Below, piece after piece: positions 16,069-25,275 of a DNA stretch of 27,275 bases. How positions within the stretch are numbered: the stretch's first letter is position 1; every line of letters begins with the position of its first letter. The notes under the pieces were generated by a model that was not told the DNA's origin, made no database searches, and saw nothing but the letters and a program-made list of their open reading frames with translations. The position numbers and the translations under genes are program-made. Source of the DNA: Candidatus Peregrinibacteria bacterium (GTDB lineage: Bacteria; Patescibacteriota; Gracilibacteria; UBA1369; LOWO2-01-FULL-3); the NCBI GenBank assembly GCA_014728975.1, contig WJKQ01000013.1, positions 1 to 27,275 on the forward strand, read 5' to 3'.

Positions 16069-18486
16069 ATGTATATATCTTTAGACTGGCTCCAGGATTT
16101 CGTTAAAATTCCAAAAACACAGGATCCCTACGATCTGGCAGATACACTTACCCTTAAAACAGCAGAAGTCGAAAGCGTTTTTGATGAATCGGAAAATTTG
16201 GAAAAAATCGTTGCCGGTCAGATTATAGAACTCCTGCCCCATCCCAACGCCGACAAATTAAAAATTGCCAAAACTTCAATAGGGAAAGAAACTGTCCCGA
16301 TAATCTGCGGAGGAGCCAATCTCAAAGAAGGAATGTATGTAGCGGTAGCTCTTCCCGGAGCCAAAATAAGATGGCACGGCGAAGGGGACCCCGTAACCCT
16401 GGAAAAAACAAAAATACGTGGCGAAAAAAGCTACGGAATGATATGCGCCAGCAATGAAATTGGACTGGACAATCCTGAAGAAGGACCTGAAGATATCCTC
16501 GATCTGTCATCAATTAAACCGAACCCCGGCACACCACTCACGGAAATTTTGGAAAAAAACGACATTGTCTTTGAATTCGACAACAAATCCCTTACTCACA
16601 GACCCGATCTTTGGGGGCATTACGGGATTGCCAGAGAAATCTCAGCAATAAAAGATTATAAATTTATAACACTTAAACCCAAAGCAAAAATTCCATCCAC
16701 AGGCGAATCCGTGAAAGTTGAAATAAAAGATTACGATCTATGCCCAAGATACTGCGGACTTATTATAAATAATATAAAAGTCGAAGAATCCCCTTCATGG
16801 ATGAAAAAACGACTCAAGGCAACAGGACACGGAACACACAACAATATAGTTGATGTCACAAACTATATTTTAACCGAACTCGGACAACCTATGCACGCGT
16901 TCGACAAAAACTATATAAAAGGGAAAATCATAGTCAGAAGAGCAAAAAAAGATGAAAAAATTACAACTCTCGATGACAAAATAAAAAAGCTTACAGAAAA
17001 AATGCTCGTAATAGCCGACCACGACAAGCCCGTGGCAGTCGCAGGAGTAATCGGAGGCGAAAACAGTGAAATAAACAACAACACAACATCGATTATTTTG
17101 GAATCCGCAAACTTCAACGCAGCCTCTGTCCGAAGAACCTCATCCTCTCTCGGGATAAGAACCGATGCAGTGCAAAGGTTTGAAAAATCCCTCGATCCCA
17201 ACCTCGCCGAACTTGCCATAAAAAGAGCCGCGGAACTCATTCTTGAAATATGCCCGGAGGCAAAAATTGCCGGACCTATCACCGACATTCAAAAGTTCAA
17301 TAAAAACCCACTAAAAATTAACCTTGACGTTCAAAAAACAAAATCAAAAATCGGCGTCGACATTCCTGCGGAAGAAATCCGAAACATCCTGGAAAACCTT
17401 AACTTTAAAATAAAAGAAAAAGAAAAAAATATCTACGAAGTCACCGTTCCGTCTTTCCGCGCTACAAAAGACATCGAAAATCAGGATGACCTGATTGAAG
17501 AAATCGCACGAATATACGGCTATGAAAACGTTCCCACATCTCTTCCGACCCTCCCCACAAAACTCCCCGAAGAAAATACAGAACGATTTAAGAAACATCG
17601 AACAAGAGAATTATTTTCCTACAGTCTCGGATTTGATGAAGTATACAATTATTCCTTTTATGGAGAAAAAGAGATCAAAAACTGCCTGCTTAAAGAAGAG
17701 GGGCACCTAAAACTGCTAAACTATTTATCGGAAGACCAGACTCATTTAAGAATTTCTCTCATACCAAATATTCTCAGAAATCTTCGGCTCAACATCAAAT
17801 ACTTCGATAACATAAATATTTACGAAATAGGACGGACATACAAAGAAATAGGCCGATATATGCCCGTTGAAGAAAAATTTATTGGTGGAGCAATTCTCAA
17901 AAAAGGAAGGAATACAGATATCTTTTACGAAGCAAAAGGAGCTGTGGAAAAGTTTTTTGAAAGATTCAACCTTCAAAATATTGAAGAAGTCAAAGGGATA
18001 AAAAACACGCCCTACGCCCACCCCTCAAAGTCGATAAGCTTCATTGACGGACACGGACAAACCATAGCAAAAGTTTTTATTCTCCATCCTACGGTCAAAA
18101 ATAATCACGAATTAGAAAAATACTCCATTGCCGTGTTTGAGTTAAACTTTACGGAAGCTTTAAAACTTGAACAACCCATAAAAAAATACAAAAAACTGTC
18201 CAAATTCCCCGGTCTGGATATAGATATCTCTGTTGTGATCGACCGCGCCAGGAAAATCAAAGAAATCCGGGAAACCATCCTCGAAACAGACAATAACCTG
18301 ATACAAGAAGTTACACTGTTCGATATCTATGAAGGAGAAAATATCCCCCCCGATAAAAAAGCCGTCGCCTTTAAAGTTATGCTCATGGCCCAGGACAGGA
18401 CTATGACGGATGAAGAAATGGCTGAAATCCAGCAAAAAATCTTTAAAAATCTGGAAAAACTCGGGGGAAAGATCAGAGGAAAATAA
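16069..18486 (+). CDS. pheT: Phenylalanyl-tRNA synthetase beta subunit
   Basis: HPNADKL, CGGAN, RGEKSYGMIC tRNA-binding domain; RPD, B3/4 domain, RFEK, C-terminal FDX-ACB (LFDIYEG). Confidence 0.98.
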   Translation: MYISLDWLQDFVKIPKTQDPYDLADTLTLKTAEVESVFDESENLEKIVAGQIIELLPHPNADKLKIAKTSIGKETVPIICGGANLKEGMYVAVALPGAKIRWHGEGDPVTLEKTKIRGEKSYGMICASNEIGLDNPEEGPEDILDLSSIKPNPGTPLTEILEKNDIVFEFDNKSLTHRPDLWGHYGIAREISAIKDYKFITLKPKAKIPSTGESVKVEIKDYDLCPRYCGLIINNIKVEESPSWMKKRLKATGHGTHNNIVDVTNYILTELGQPMHAFDKNYIKGKIIVRRAKKDEKITTLDDKIKKLTEKMLVIADHDKPVAVAGVIGGENSEINNNTTSIILESANFNAASVRRTSSSLGIRTDAVQRFEKSLDPNLAELAIKRAAELILEICPEAKIAGPITDIQKFNKNPLKINLDVQKTKSKIGVDIPAEEIRNILENLNFKIKEKEKNIYEVTVPSFRATKDIENQDDLIEEIARIYGYENVPTSLPTLPTKLPEENTERFKKHRTRELFSYSLGFDEVYNYSFYGEKEIKNCLLKEEGHLKLLNYLSEDQTHLRISLIPNILRNLRLNIKYFDNINIYEIGRTYKEIGRYMPVEEKFIGGAILKKGRNTDIFYEAKGAVEKFFERFNLQNIEEVKGIKNTPYAHPSKSISFIDGHGQTIAKVFILHPTVKNNHELEKYSIAVFELNFTEALKLEQPIKKYKKLSKFPGLDIDISVVIDRARKIKEIRETILETDNNLIQEVTLFDIYEGENIPPDKKAVAFKVMLMAQDRTMTDEEMAEIQQKIFKNLEKLGGKIRGK

Positions 18487-18494
18487 TCCCCGGA

Positions 18495-20714
18495 CTAAGC
18501 GGCACCTTGGTTTGAACTTTCTTCATCCAAAAAAGAATCTCCATCCCCTACTCTATCATTAATCCGCCTGACAACTGCTTCGATCCTCGCAAACAACTCA
18601 TCGCCCCCGCGCTGATTTTTAACATATTCTCCAGAAGTATACTTATCTTGGGTTATATCATATCTCATACTGACTCTGTCACTTTCGACCCTGCTATTAA
18701 CATCATTTTCACCTTCTTTTTGACCTTCATCCTCTTCATTCACTTCGCGATCACTTTCTCCTTCGACTTCTTCCTCTCCTTCAAAACTGTCCATATCGAA
18801 AGACTGATAACCGTATACTTCTTTTTCCACATCCTCCGGACGATCATCGTTTAATTGAATATAAATACAAAGTTCTCCCAATAACAATTTTTTCAGGGCA
18901 AGTACTTCTCCCATTTTTTTTCTATCTTTTTCACTAATATCCTCTATTGAATACGTACTGCTGCTGGGAGCCCTTAAATCAGGAGAAAAATATTCTACAA
19001 TATCTTCTATCATACGTTCCTCAGCCCGGTTGAATGTTTCACCACTTTCCTCGTTCCTTTCACTATAAATATATTTAAGATCCAGAAGAGATCTGATTAC
19101 AAACTCTCTTACATTTTCGTATTTAAGCCCCAATCCTTTAATTCCCTCCTCACCTATTCTTTTATCTCTCCTCCAATGTTTTCTGATATATTCCAAAAGT
19201 TCGTCCCGATCCGCTTCATCCAATAAAGACAAGGGGTAAACCTCAAAAATATCATAATCATCTTCAATAGAATCACTACTTTCGTAACCCTCAGGCGGCA
19301 TTTCAACCACCCGTCTCACAGCTGTTTTTCTTAAAAATTCCATAAAAGAAACCTCCTCAGCAGTTTCCTCGGGAGCGGTAAAAAAGCCGGGATCGTTAAG
19401 GTCAACTTTATAAAAAGGATTCTTACTGGGATCAGCCGTATCATTATAAGTATTGCCGCACTGATAACGCTGAATCCATAAGTTACCATCCATATCTACA
19501 ACACCACGATTTGTCGGGCAAGGATCTTCTCTATATTTCGTCTGTAAAAATCCTTCATCGGGGATCACAGGACATGACTTATCATAATCAATGTGCAAAC
19601 TGCTTCTTCTTCCACGTCCCAATCTTGCATAATGACGCGGATCCTGATATCTCGATAAAATATTTAAATCATAAGTCAGGTCCCTGCCAAACCTCTCCTC
19701 AAGTATTTCTTTCATGCGGTTATATATCAACATAGTTTTCCCGACATAAACGGGACTGCCCTTATACGGCACTCCCTGAAAAGAAATTGTAACCCTCTTT
19801 CCACTTTCGATTGCGGGCCATAAATGTGTTATTGTTTTTGCATAAGATTGTGCGTTTGCCTCTATAACCTGATTATCTAATTCTCTCCTCAATCCTCCCA
19901 TTTCCTGTTCCCAAAGTCTTATATTATTAGCCGCGATTGCTTTGTTCCTTTCCAGTATATTGTTATTGATTAAGATCTGCCGTTTTATTTTTTCACGCCT
20001 ATCTCTTTCCGATTCATCCATATTCTCTTCATCAAACTCCCCAAGTTCTGTTTTTGCATCGGCTAACTTCTTTAGATCACTCTCGGCTTCAGAGAGTTCG
20101 GTTCTAAAAATTTCAATGTCCTTCTCCATTAGCCCTAATATTTTCAACGATTCCCTGTCTACGCCCATTCTTGCGTTTTTCCTTTGTGCGTCAAAAGAAA
20201 GAACAAAAAGCGGGACAATATCTTTAAGCATCAAACTTACAATTTCCTCAAGAGTTTCTACCTGACGTTCATCTTTTTCGTATACATATTCCCGATTACC
20301 ATCCTCATTGGTAGTCTGTCTTTTTTTAAGGTGAAGACCATGACTAATCGCAACAAGCCTTGAATGTCCCTCCGATTGCTCGTATATTTCTCTTGCACAT
20401 TGAGAAAAATTACCGGTATTCAGAGGCTCTGCTTTTATACCGGTAGTAACATACCTTCTGAAAATATCAATTAACCTCAACCTGGTACCCGCGAGTATCT
20501 GCTGTAGTGTTTTACTGAAATCTTCAGGATCCACTTCTCTCGTTTTAACTTTTTCCCCCTCACCAAAAGCACCGCAGGCGGCACAAGCCTCCCTGCATCC
20601 TTCAGCAATATTAACCATATCAATTAAAGTGGTCTGAGGTATATGTTCGGTTGAAATTTTTCTCTCTTCAGACTCTCCTTCAGTACCGCTACGTTCAGGA
20701 CCTGTTTCAATCAT
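18495..20714 (-). CDS. Hypothetical cytoplasmic protein, 739 aa, with a central coiled coil and acidic termini
   Basis: Long ORF with its own consensus promoter; no signal peptide or TM helix; heptad-like region around aa 195-285. Confidence 0.8.
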   Translation of the reverse strand: MIETGPERSGTEGESEERKISTEHIPQTTLIDMVNIAEGCREACAACGAFGEGEKVKTREVDPEDFSKTLQQILAGTRLRLIDIFRRYVTTGIKAEPLNTGNFSQCAREIYEQSEGHSRLVAISHGLHLKKRQTTNEDGNREYVYEKDERQVETLEEIVSLMLKDIVPLFVLSFDAQRKNARMGVDRESLKILGLMEKDIEIFRTELSEAESDLKKLADAKTELGEFDEENMDESERDRREKIKRQILINNNILERNKAIAANNIRLWEQEMGGLRRELDNQVIEANAQSYAKTITHLWPAIESGKRVTISFQGVPYKGSPVYVGKTMLIYNRMKEILEERFGRDLTYDLNILSRYQDPRHYARLGRGRRSSLHIDYDKSCPVIPDEGFLQTKYREDPCPTNRGVVDMDGNLWIQRYQCGNTYNDTADPSKNPFYKVDLNDPGFFTAPEETAEEVSFMEFLRKTAVRRVVEMPPEGYESSDSIEDDYDIFEVYPLSLLDEADRDELLEYIRKHWRRDKRIGEEGIKGLGLKYENVREFVIRSLLDLKYIYSERNEESGETFNRAEERMIEDIVEYFSPDLRAPSSSTYSIEDISEKDRKKMGEVLALKKLLLGELCIYIQLNDDRPEDVEKEVYGYQSFDMDSFEGEEEVEGESDREVNEEDEGQKEGENDVNSRVESDRVSMRYDITQDKYTSGEYVKNQRGGDELFARIEAVVRRINDRVGDGDSFLDEESSNQGAA

Positions 20715-20788
20715 AAATTTTTAGTCAAAAAATTTTTCCCTTCTTTTTTTTTATCCCCCTTTTTTTTATTTTAGGGAAAGAGAAAAAA

Positions 20789-20817
20789 ATTATCTCCTCT
20801 TATCAAAACTATGTCAA
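20789..20817 (-). promoter_or_regulatory. Sigma70-type promoter for the 739-aa gene
   Basis: TTGACA-N17-GATAAT on the minus strand. Confidence 0.6.
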
Positions 20818-20912
20818 GGATTTTTCGCTTATACAAACAATACACGTTCAATTTCCGTCTTGACAAATAAGAAAATATAATGAGAATATAACAACACATT
20901 AAAATTGTCTAA

Positions 20913-22346
20913 ATGTCAAAACCCGTTAAAGTTAAAAACCAAAAAGAGAGAATACAAAGGGCAATGCCTACAAAAAAAGAAGACAAGGAAATATTGGAAC
21001 AAGTAGGCCATTCTATAAGTATAGCCGAAGCCATGAATGAATGTTTATGGCTGGGAGATAAAAACCATAAAACGATTTACGTAAATCCTGTTTACGAAAA
21101 AACATCCGGATACAGCCTAAAAGAATGTATAGGTAAACCCGCAGACTTTTGTTTTGATGAAGAAAGTAAAAAAACGATTACGCAACATCACAAACTCAGA
21201 GACAAAGGAATTGCTTCACAATATGAAGCAACTATGGTTTCAAAAACCGGCAAAAAAACCCCTCTTTTAATCAGCGGCGCGCCCACAAAAAAAGGAGGAA
21301 CCATCGGCATCTTTATAAACCTTACAAAAGTAAAAAAACTTTCTCGCCATGAAAAACTCTCAGAACAAATAATCAGAAATACTTCGGAAGCTATTGTCGC
21401 CCTCAACAAAAAGAGCAGAATCACAATGTGGAGTAATGGAGCTAAAAAAATTTTTGGATATAATGAAAAAGAAGTATTGAATAAAAAACTGTCAAACCTT
21501 GTAATTCCGAAACAAGAAAAGGAAAGGAACAAAAGCCTGATTGACCAGGTCGAAGAAAAAAATTATATAAAATATGTTGAAGGAAAACGCATTACCAAAA
21601 CCGGAAAAATAATCGACGTTATAATCTCGGTCACCAAGGTAACGGATGAAAAATACAATTTCATAGGATACCTTGTAATATATCGTGATGTCACCGACCA
21701 AAAGAAAATCAACACAGAGCTCCAAAAAAGATTTGAGGCAATTCAGGACGCGTATAAAGAACTCGGCCTTCAAAAAAGACAAAACGATTATCTTTACGAA
21801 ATAATTGAAAGATCAGCTTCGGAAGACACATTAGAAAATCTTACAAAATTAATTGTTTCAGCGTCATGTATGTTAACAAAATGCGATGGTGCCGTTCTCA
21901 GACTCCACGATAAAGAAAACAATCGCTTAAAACTTTACTCCTCTGTCGGTGTAAGTGATAAATGGCTTACCAAGAACAGTATATTTTTTGAAAACAGTCT
22001 TGCCAAAGAAACGTGCGAAAATAAAAGGCCGCTTATTATTCAGAACCTCACACATTCAGAAAAACATCAGGGCACCAAACTTGCAGCCGCCCACGGATTT
22101 ACCACACTAATACTCATCCCGTTAATTGTTAACGACAAAATACTTGGATCCTTGAGCCTTTACGCTACCGACCCGGGAAAATTTCGATTAATCGAAACAG
22201 ACTTTTTGGAAAGATTCGGAAAACAATGCTCCATAGCAATCTTTGCAAAAGCATTCTGGCTTTTTCATCCAAAACGTAAACATAAAAAGATTAAAAACAC
22301 TCTGATACAACAAAATAAAAAGGCCGGTATCAATATTTCAAAATAA
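20913..22346 (+). CDS. PAS-PAS-GAF sensor protein without an output domain
   Basis: PAS1 (YVNPVYEKTSGYSLKECIGK), PAS2 (WSNGAKKIFGYNEKEVLNK...YRDVT), coiled linker, then GAF (LILIPLIVNDKILGSLSLYA..PGKF...ETDFLERFGKQCSIAI). No HisKA, HATPase, GGDEF, EAL or HD-GYP motif follows. Confidence 0.85.
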   Translation: MSKPVKVKNQKERIQRAMPTKKEDKEILEQVGHSISIAEAMNECLWLGDKNHKTIYVNPVYEKTSGYSLKECIGKPADFCFDEESKKTITQHHKLRDKGIASQYEATMVSKTGKKTPLLISGAPTKKGGTIGIFINLTKVKKLSRHEKLSEQIIRNTSEAIVALNKKSRITMWSNGAKKIFGYNEKEVLNKKLSNLVIPKQEKERNKSLIDQVEEKNYIKYVEGKRITKTGKIIDVIISVTKVTDEKYNFIGYLVIYRDVTDQKKINTELQKRFEAIQDAYKELGLQKRQNDYLYEIIERSASEDTLENLTKLIVSASCMLTKCDGAVLRLHDKENNRLKLYSSVGVSDKWLTKNSIFFENSLAKETCENKRPLIIQNLTHSEKHQGTKLAAAHGFTTLILIPLIVNDKILGSLSLYATDPGKFRLIETDFLERFGKQCSIAIFAKAFWLFHPKRKHKKIKNTLIQQNKKAGINISK

Positions 22347-22354
22347 CCGGCTTT
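22320..22354 (+). terminator. Possible hairpin at the end of the PAS-GAF gene
   Basis: AAGGCCGGT...ACCGGCTTT inverted repeat with a 17-nt loop; short T tail; spans the stop codon. Confidence 0.35.
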
Positions 22355-22421
22355 ACCTGAAACCTTATTTAAAGTAAGATTATCGCTGAATTGTCGCTGA
22401 AATAAATTCAAATATTTAAGA

Positions 22422-25208
22422 ATGATAAGAAAGCTTAGAAGGTTTTTGCCACATAGAGAAGTTAGCACTTACAAGAAGATTGCTTTTTGGATCTTCAGTA
22501 TCTTTATAGGGATTTTCTTGTTGGGAATTATAACTTTCGCCGGAGCCATAGCTGTTCTTTCAATAGGATTACCCGACGTTAACGATCTTGAAAGTCTAAC
22601 CGCCGCTCAATCCACAGAAATTTTCGACAGAGAAAGAAATCTTTTATACACAATACACGGTGAAGAAAATCGTGAACAGGTCTCTTACGAAAACATTTCC
22701 TCTTATCTTACCGATTCAACTGTCGCGATCGAAGATGATACCTTTTGGGAACACAGCGGTTTCGATGTTTTTGCTATCGCAAAAGCCGTTCTTCACGAAT
22801 TATTCGGAGTTGGATCACCCCGTGGCGGGTCTACAATCACACAACAATATGTTAAAAACACCTTCCTTTCATCTGAAAGAACATATACAAGAAAAGCCAA
22901 AGAGCTTATTTTGGCTATCCGTCTTGAACGAACATACGATAAACAAAAAATCCTTGAACTCTATCTAAACCGCATTCCTTACGGAAACAATGCTTATGGC
23001 TGTCAGAAAGCCGCAGAAGTGTATTTTGATAAAGACGCCAAGGATCTCGATCTCGCGGAAAGCGCGATCCTTGCTTCACTCCCACAGGCCCCAAGCCGAT
23101 ACAATCCTTACGGGAACAATAAATATTCTCATTTATTAAAAGAATTTACAGAAGACGAACTTTACTATCGAGACATAGAAAACGAGTCAGATCTTAACAC
23201 CGACGAATATGTCCGTGGACTAATCGGAAAACACGTCGATCTCGGAAACAGCGAAAAAATTTATCTGATGGGACGAACCGATTTGGTTTTAAAACGTATG
23301 TATGACCTGGAAACGATAACTGCTGAAGAACGACAACAGGCACTAAATAAACTCCAAAAAATAGAATTCAATCAGTATAAAGAACCTATCAAACATCCAC
23401 ACTTTGTCCTCTACATAAAACAAATTCTCGAAGATAAATACGGAAAAGACGTAGTAGAGCAGGGAGGATTAAAGGTTTATACGACAATAGACCCCGAAAT
23501 TCAAAACCACGCTGAAGAAATCACTGAAAAACTCGGAGAAACAAATCTTGAAAGATTCGGAGCAAACAATCTCGCAATAATGACAATCAATTCCAAAACC
23601 GGTGAAATTATGGCAATGGTGGGCTCCCGCGACTACTTCAATGAAGAAATAGATGGAAATGTAAACGTAGCACTGAGACCTCGACAACCAGGATCTTCTT
23701 TCAAACCGATAGTTTACGCCCAGGCCTTTTATAACGGATACGCGCCCGGAAATGTTATCTACGATATCCCCACAAGAATAGGCAGTGACAGACCGCAAAA
23801 CTATGACGGATCATGGCAGGGACAAATTTCAATGAGACAGGCACTTGGACAATCCAGAAATATCCCCGCAATTAAAACATATTATCTTGCGGGAGAACAG
23901 GATCCTGTTATTGAACTTGCGACAAAAATGGGAATTACTACCCTCGACAAAAGACACAGCTACGGATATCCGCTGGCATTGGGAGCCGGAGAAGTTCCTC
24001 TTATCGAAATGGTGACTGCTTTCGGGACCTTCGCTAACAACGGGAAGAAGCCCGAACTGACAGGAATTCTCAAAGTGGAAAACGCAAACGGCGATGTTCT
24101 TGAAGAATGGAGACAAAAAGAATTTGAAGAAGTATTGGACCCGCAAATAGCATATTTAATCAACAACATACTCTCCGATCAGGAAGAAGGAATCGGCCCA
24201 CGCCTCTTCATCACGAACAAAATCAACGCAGCAAAAACAGGAACATCAACCAAAGAAAATAAGAAAAAAGCCGGTACTGAAGTAAGGCCAAGCGACGCCT
24301 GGACAATCGGATACACTCCTTCAATGGTCACGGGAGTATGGGTAGGGAACACTGATGGATCCGGCCTTAATTTTAACGCCAACGGATACGACACTGCCGC
24401 GCCTATTTTTAATTCTGTCATGACAGAAGCTCTGAAAGATATGCCGGGAGAACCTTTTCCGGAACCTGAAGGAATAAAACACATTGAAATAAGCAAAGCC
24501 TCAGGAAAACTTCCAGGACCAAACACTCCAGGCTCAATGATCACGACGGAAATTTTCCCAAGCTTCTCAGTTCCAACGGAAAAAGAAAAAATATTCTTTA
24601 AGGTAAAAATAGATAAAGTTTCTGGTCTTCTTGCAACCGAATATACTCCCGAAGATGCTGTCGAGGAAGTTATTTACCAAAATTATGAACCCATCGCCGA
24701 CATGTTAAATTGGAAAAGCGAAATCCAGAGCTACTATGAAAATATCGATGAACAAAAAGGAGAAATCAGGATAGGTCTTCCGCCAAAACAATACGATAAT
24801 ATTCATACGGCCGAAACAGCCGCTTCAGCCCCCTCGATCACCATCACCAATCCTGTATCGGGCGATCACCTGTCCCAGGGAAACTTCACCGTCAACGTGG
24901 ATATCAGCGCTTCCAACGGAGTCGAAAAAGTAGAATTTTATCTTGATGACAGAAAGGAATACTTCACGACATCTTCTCCTTACACCGGACATCTAAATAT
25001 TTCCAGATTTATGAAAGAGAATTCCAGCCACTTGATCGTAGCAAAAATAATTGACTCCCTCGGCTACAGTTCCCAATCCGCTATTGAAATCAAGGTTTCC
25101 AATAATAAGATCCAGGAATACAGCAAAGAAGATGAAGAATCAGAAGAACCGGAACCGATAGAACCCGAGGAACAAGAGGAAACTTCACCCGCGGAACAAC
25201 CGGCATAA
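22422..25208 (+). CDS. Class A penicillin-binding protein (transglycosylase/transpeptidase, PBP1A-like) with C-terminal Ig-like domain
   Basis: TM anchor; TG motifs EDDTFWEHSG, GGSTITQQ.VKN, RKAKE; TP motifs SSFK, SRN, KTG; C-terminal Ig-like ITITNP...VEKVEFYLD. Confidence 0.93.
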   Translation: MIRKLRRFLPHREVSTYKKIAFWIFSIFIGIFLLGIITFAGAIAVLSIGLPDVNDLESLTAAQSTEIFDRERNLLYTIHGEENREQVSYENISSYLTDSTVAIEDDTFWEHSGFDVFAIAKAVLHELFGVGSPRGGSTITQQYVKNTFLSSERTYTRKAKELILAIRLERTYDKQKILELYLNRIPYGNNAYGCQKAAEVYFDKDAKDLDLAESAILASLPQAPSRYNPYGNNKYSHLLKEFTEDELYYRDIENESDLNTDEYVRGLIGKHVDLGNSEKIYLMGRTDLVLKRMYDLETITAEERQQALNKLQKIEFNQYKEPIKHPHFVLYIKQILEDKYGKDVVEQGGLKVYTTIDPEIQNHAEEITEKLGETNLERFGANNLAIMTINSKTGEIMAMVGSRDYFNEEIDGNVNVALRPRQPGSSFKPIVYAQAFYNGYAPGNVIYDIPTRIGSDRPQNYDGSWQGQISMRQALGQSRNIPAIKTYYLAGEQDPVIELATKMGITTLDKRHSYGYPLALGAGEVPLIEMVTAFGTFANNGKKPELTGILKVENANGDVLEEWRQKEFEEVLDPQIAYLINNILSDQEEGIGPRLFITNKINAAKTGTSTKENKKKAGTEVRPSDAWTIGYTPSMVTGVWVGNTDGSGLNFNANGYDTAAPIFNSVMTEALKDMPGEPFPEPEGIKHIEISKASGKLPGPNTPGSMITTEIFPSFSVPTEKEKIFFKVKIDKVSGLLATEYTPEDAVEEVIYQNYEPIADMLNWKSEIQSYYENIDEQKGEIRIGLPPKQYDNIHTAETAASAPSITITNPVSGDHLSQGNFTVNVDISASNGVEKVEFYLDDRKEYFTTSSPYTGHLNISRFMKENSSHLIVAKIIDSLGYSSQSAIEIKVSNNKIQEYSKEDEESEEPEPIEPEEQEETSPAEQPA

Positions 25209-25220
25209 TTCCAAAAAAGG

Positions 25221-25248
25221 TTGACAAATATGGAGAAAGATATAAAGT
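25221..25248 (+). promoter_or_regulatory. Sigma70-type promoter for the right-edge ORF
   Basis: TTGACA-N16-TAAAGT, 27 nt upstream of ATG25276. Confidence 0.5.
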
Positions 25249-25275
25249 TCATCTCCTATATCTAACCAAAATCTC

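Noticed and set aside
20860-20881. Perfect TTGACA and TATAAT upstream of the PAS-GAF gene
   Set aside because: They are only 10 nt apart. The hexamer at 16-17 nt spacing is poor, so a promoter cannot be delimited confidently.
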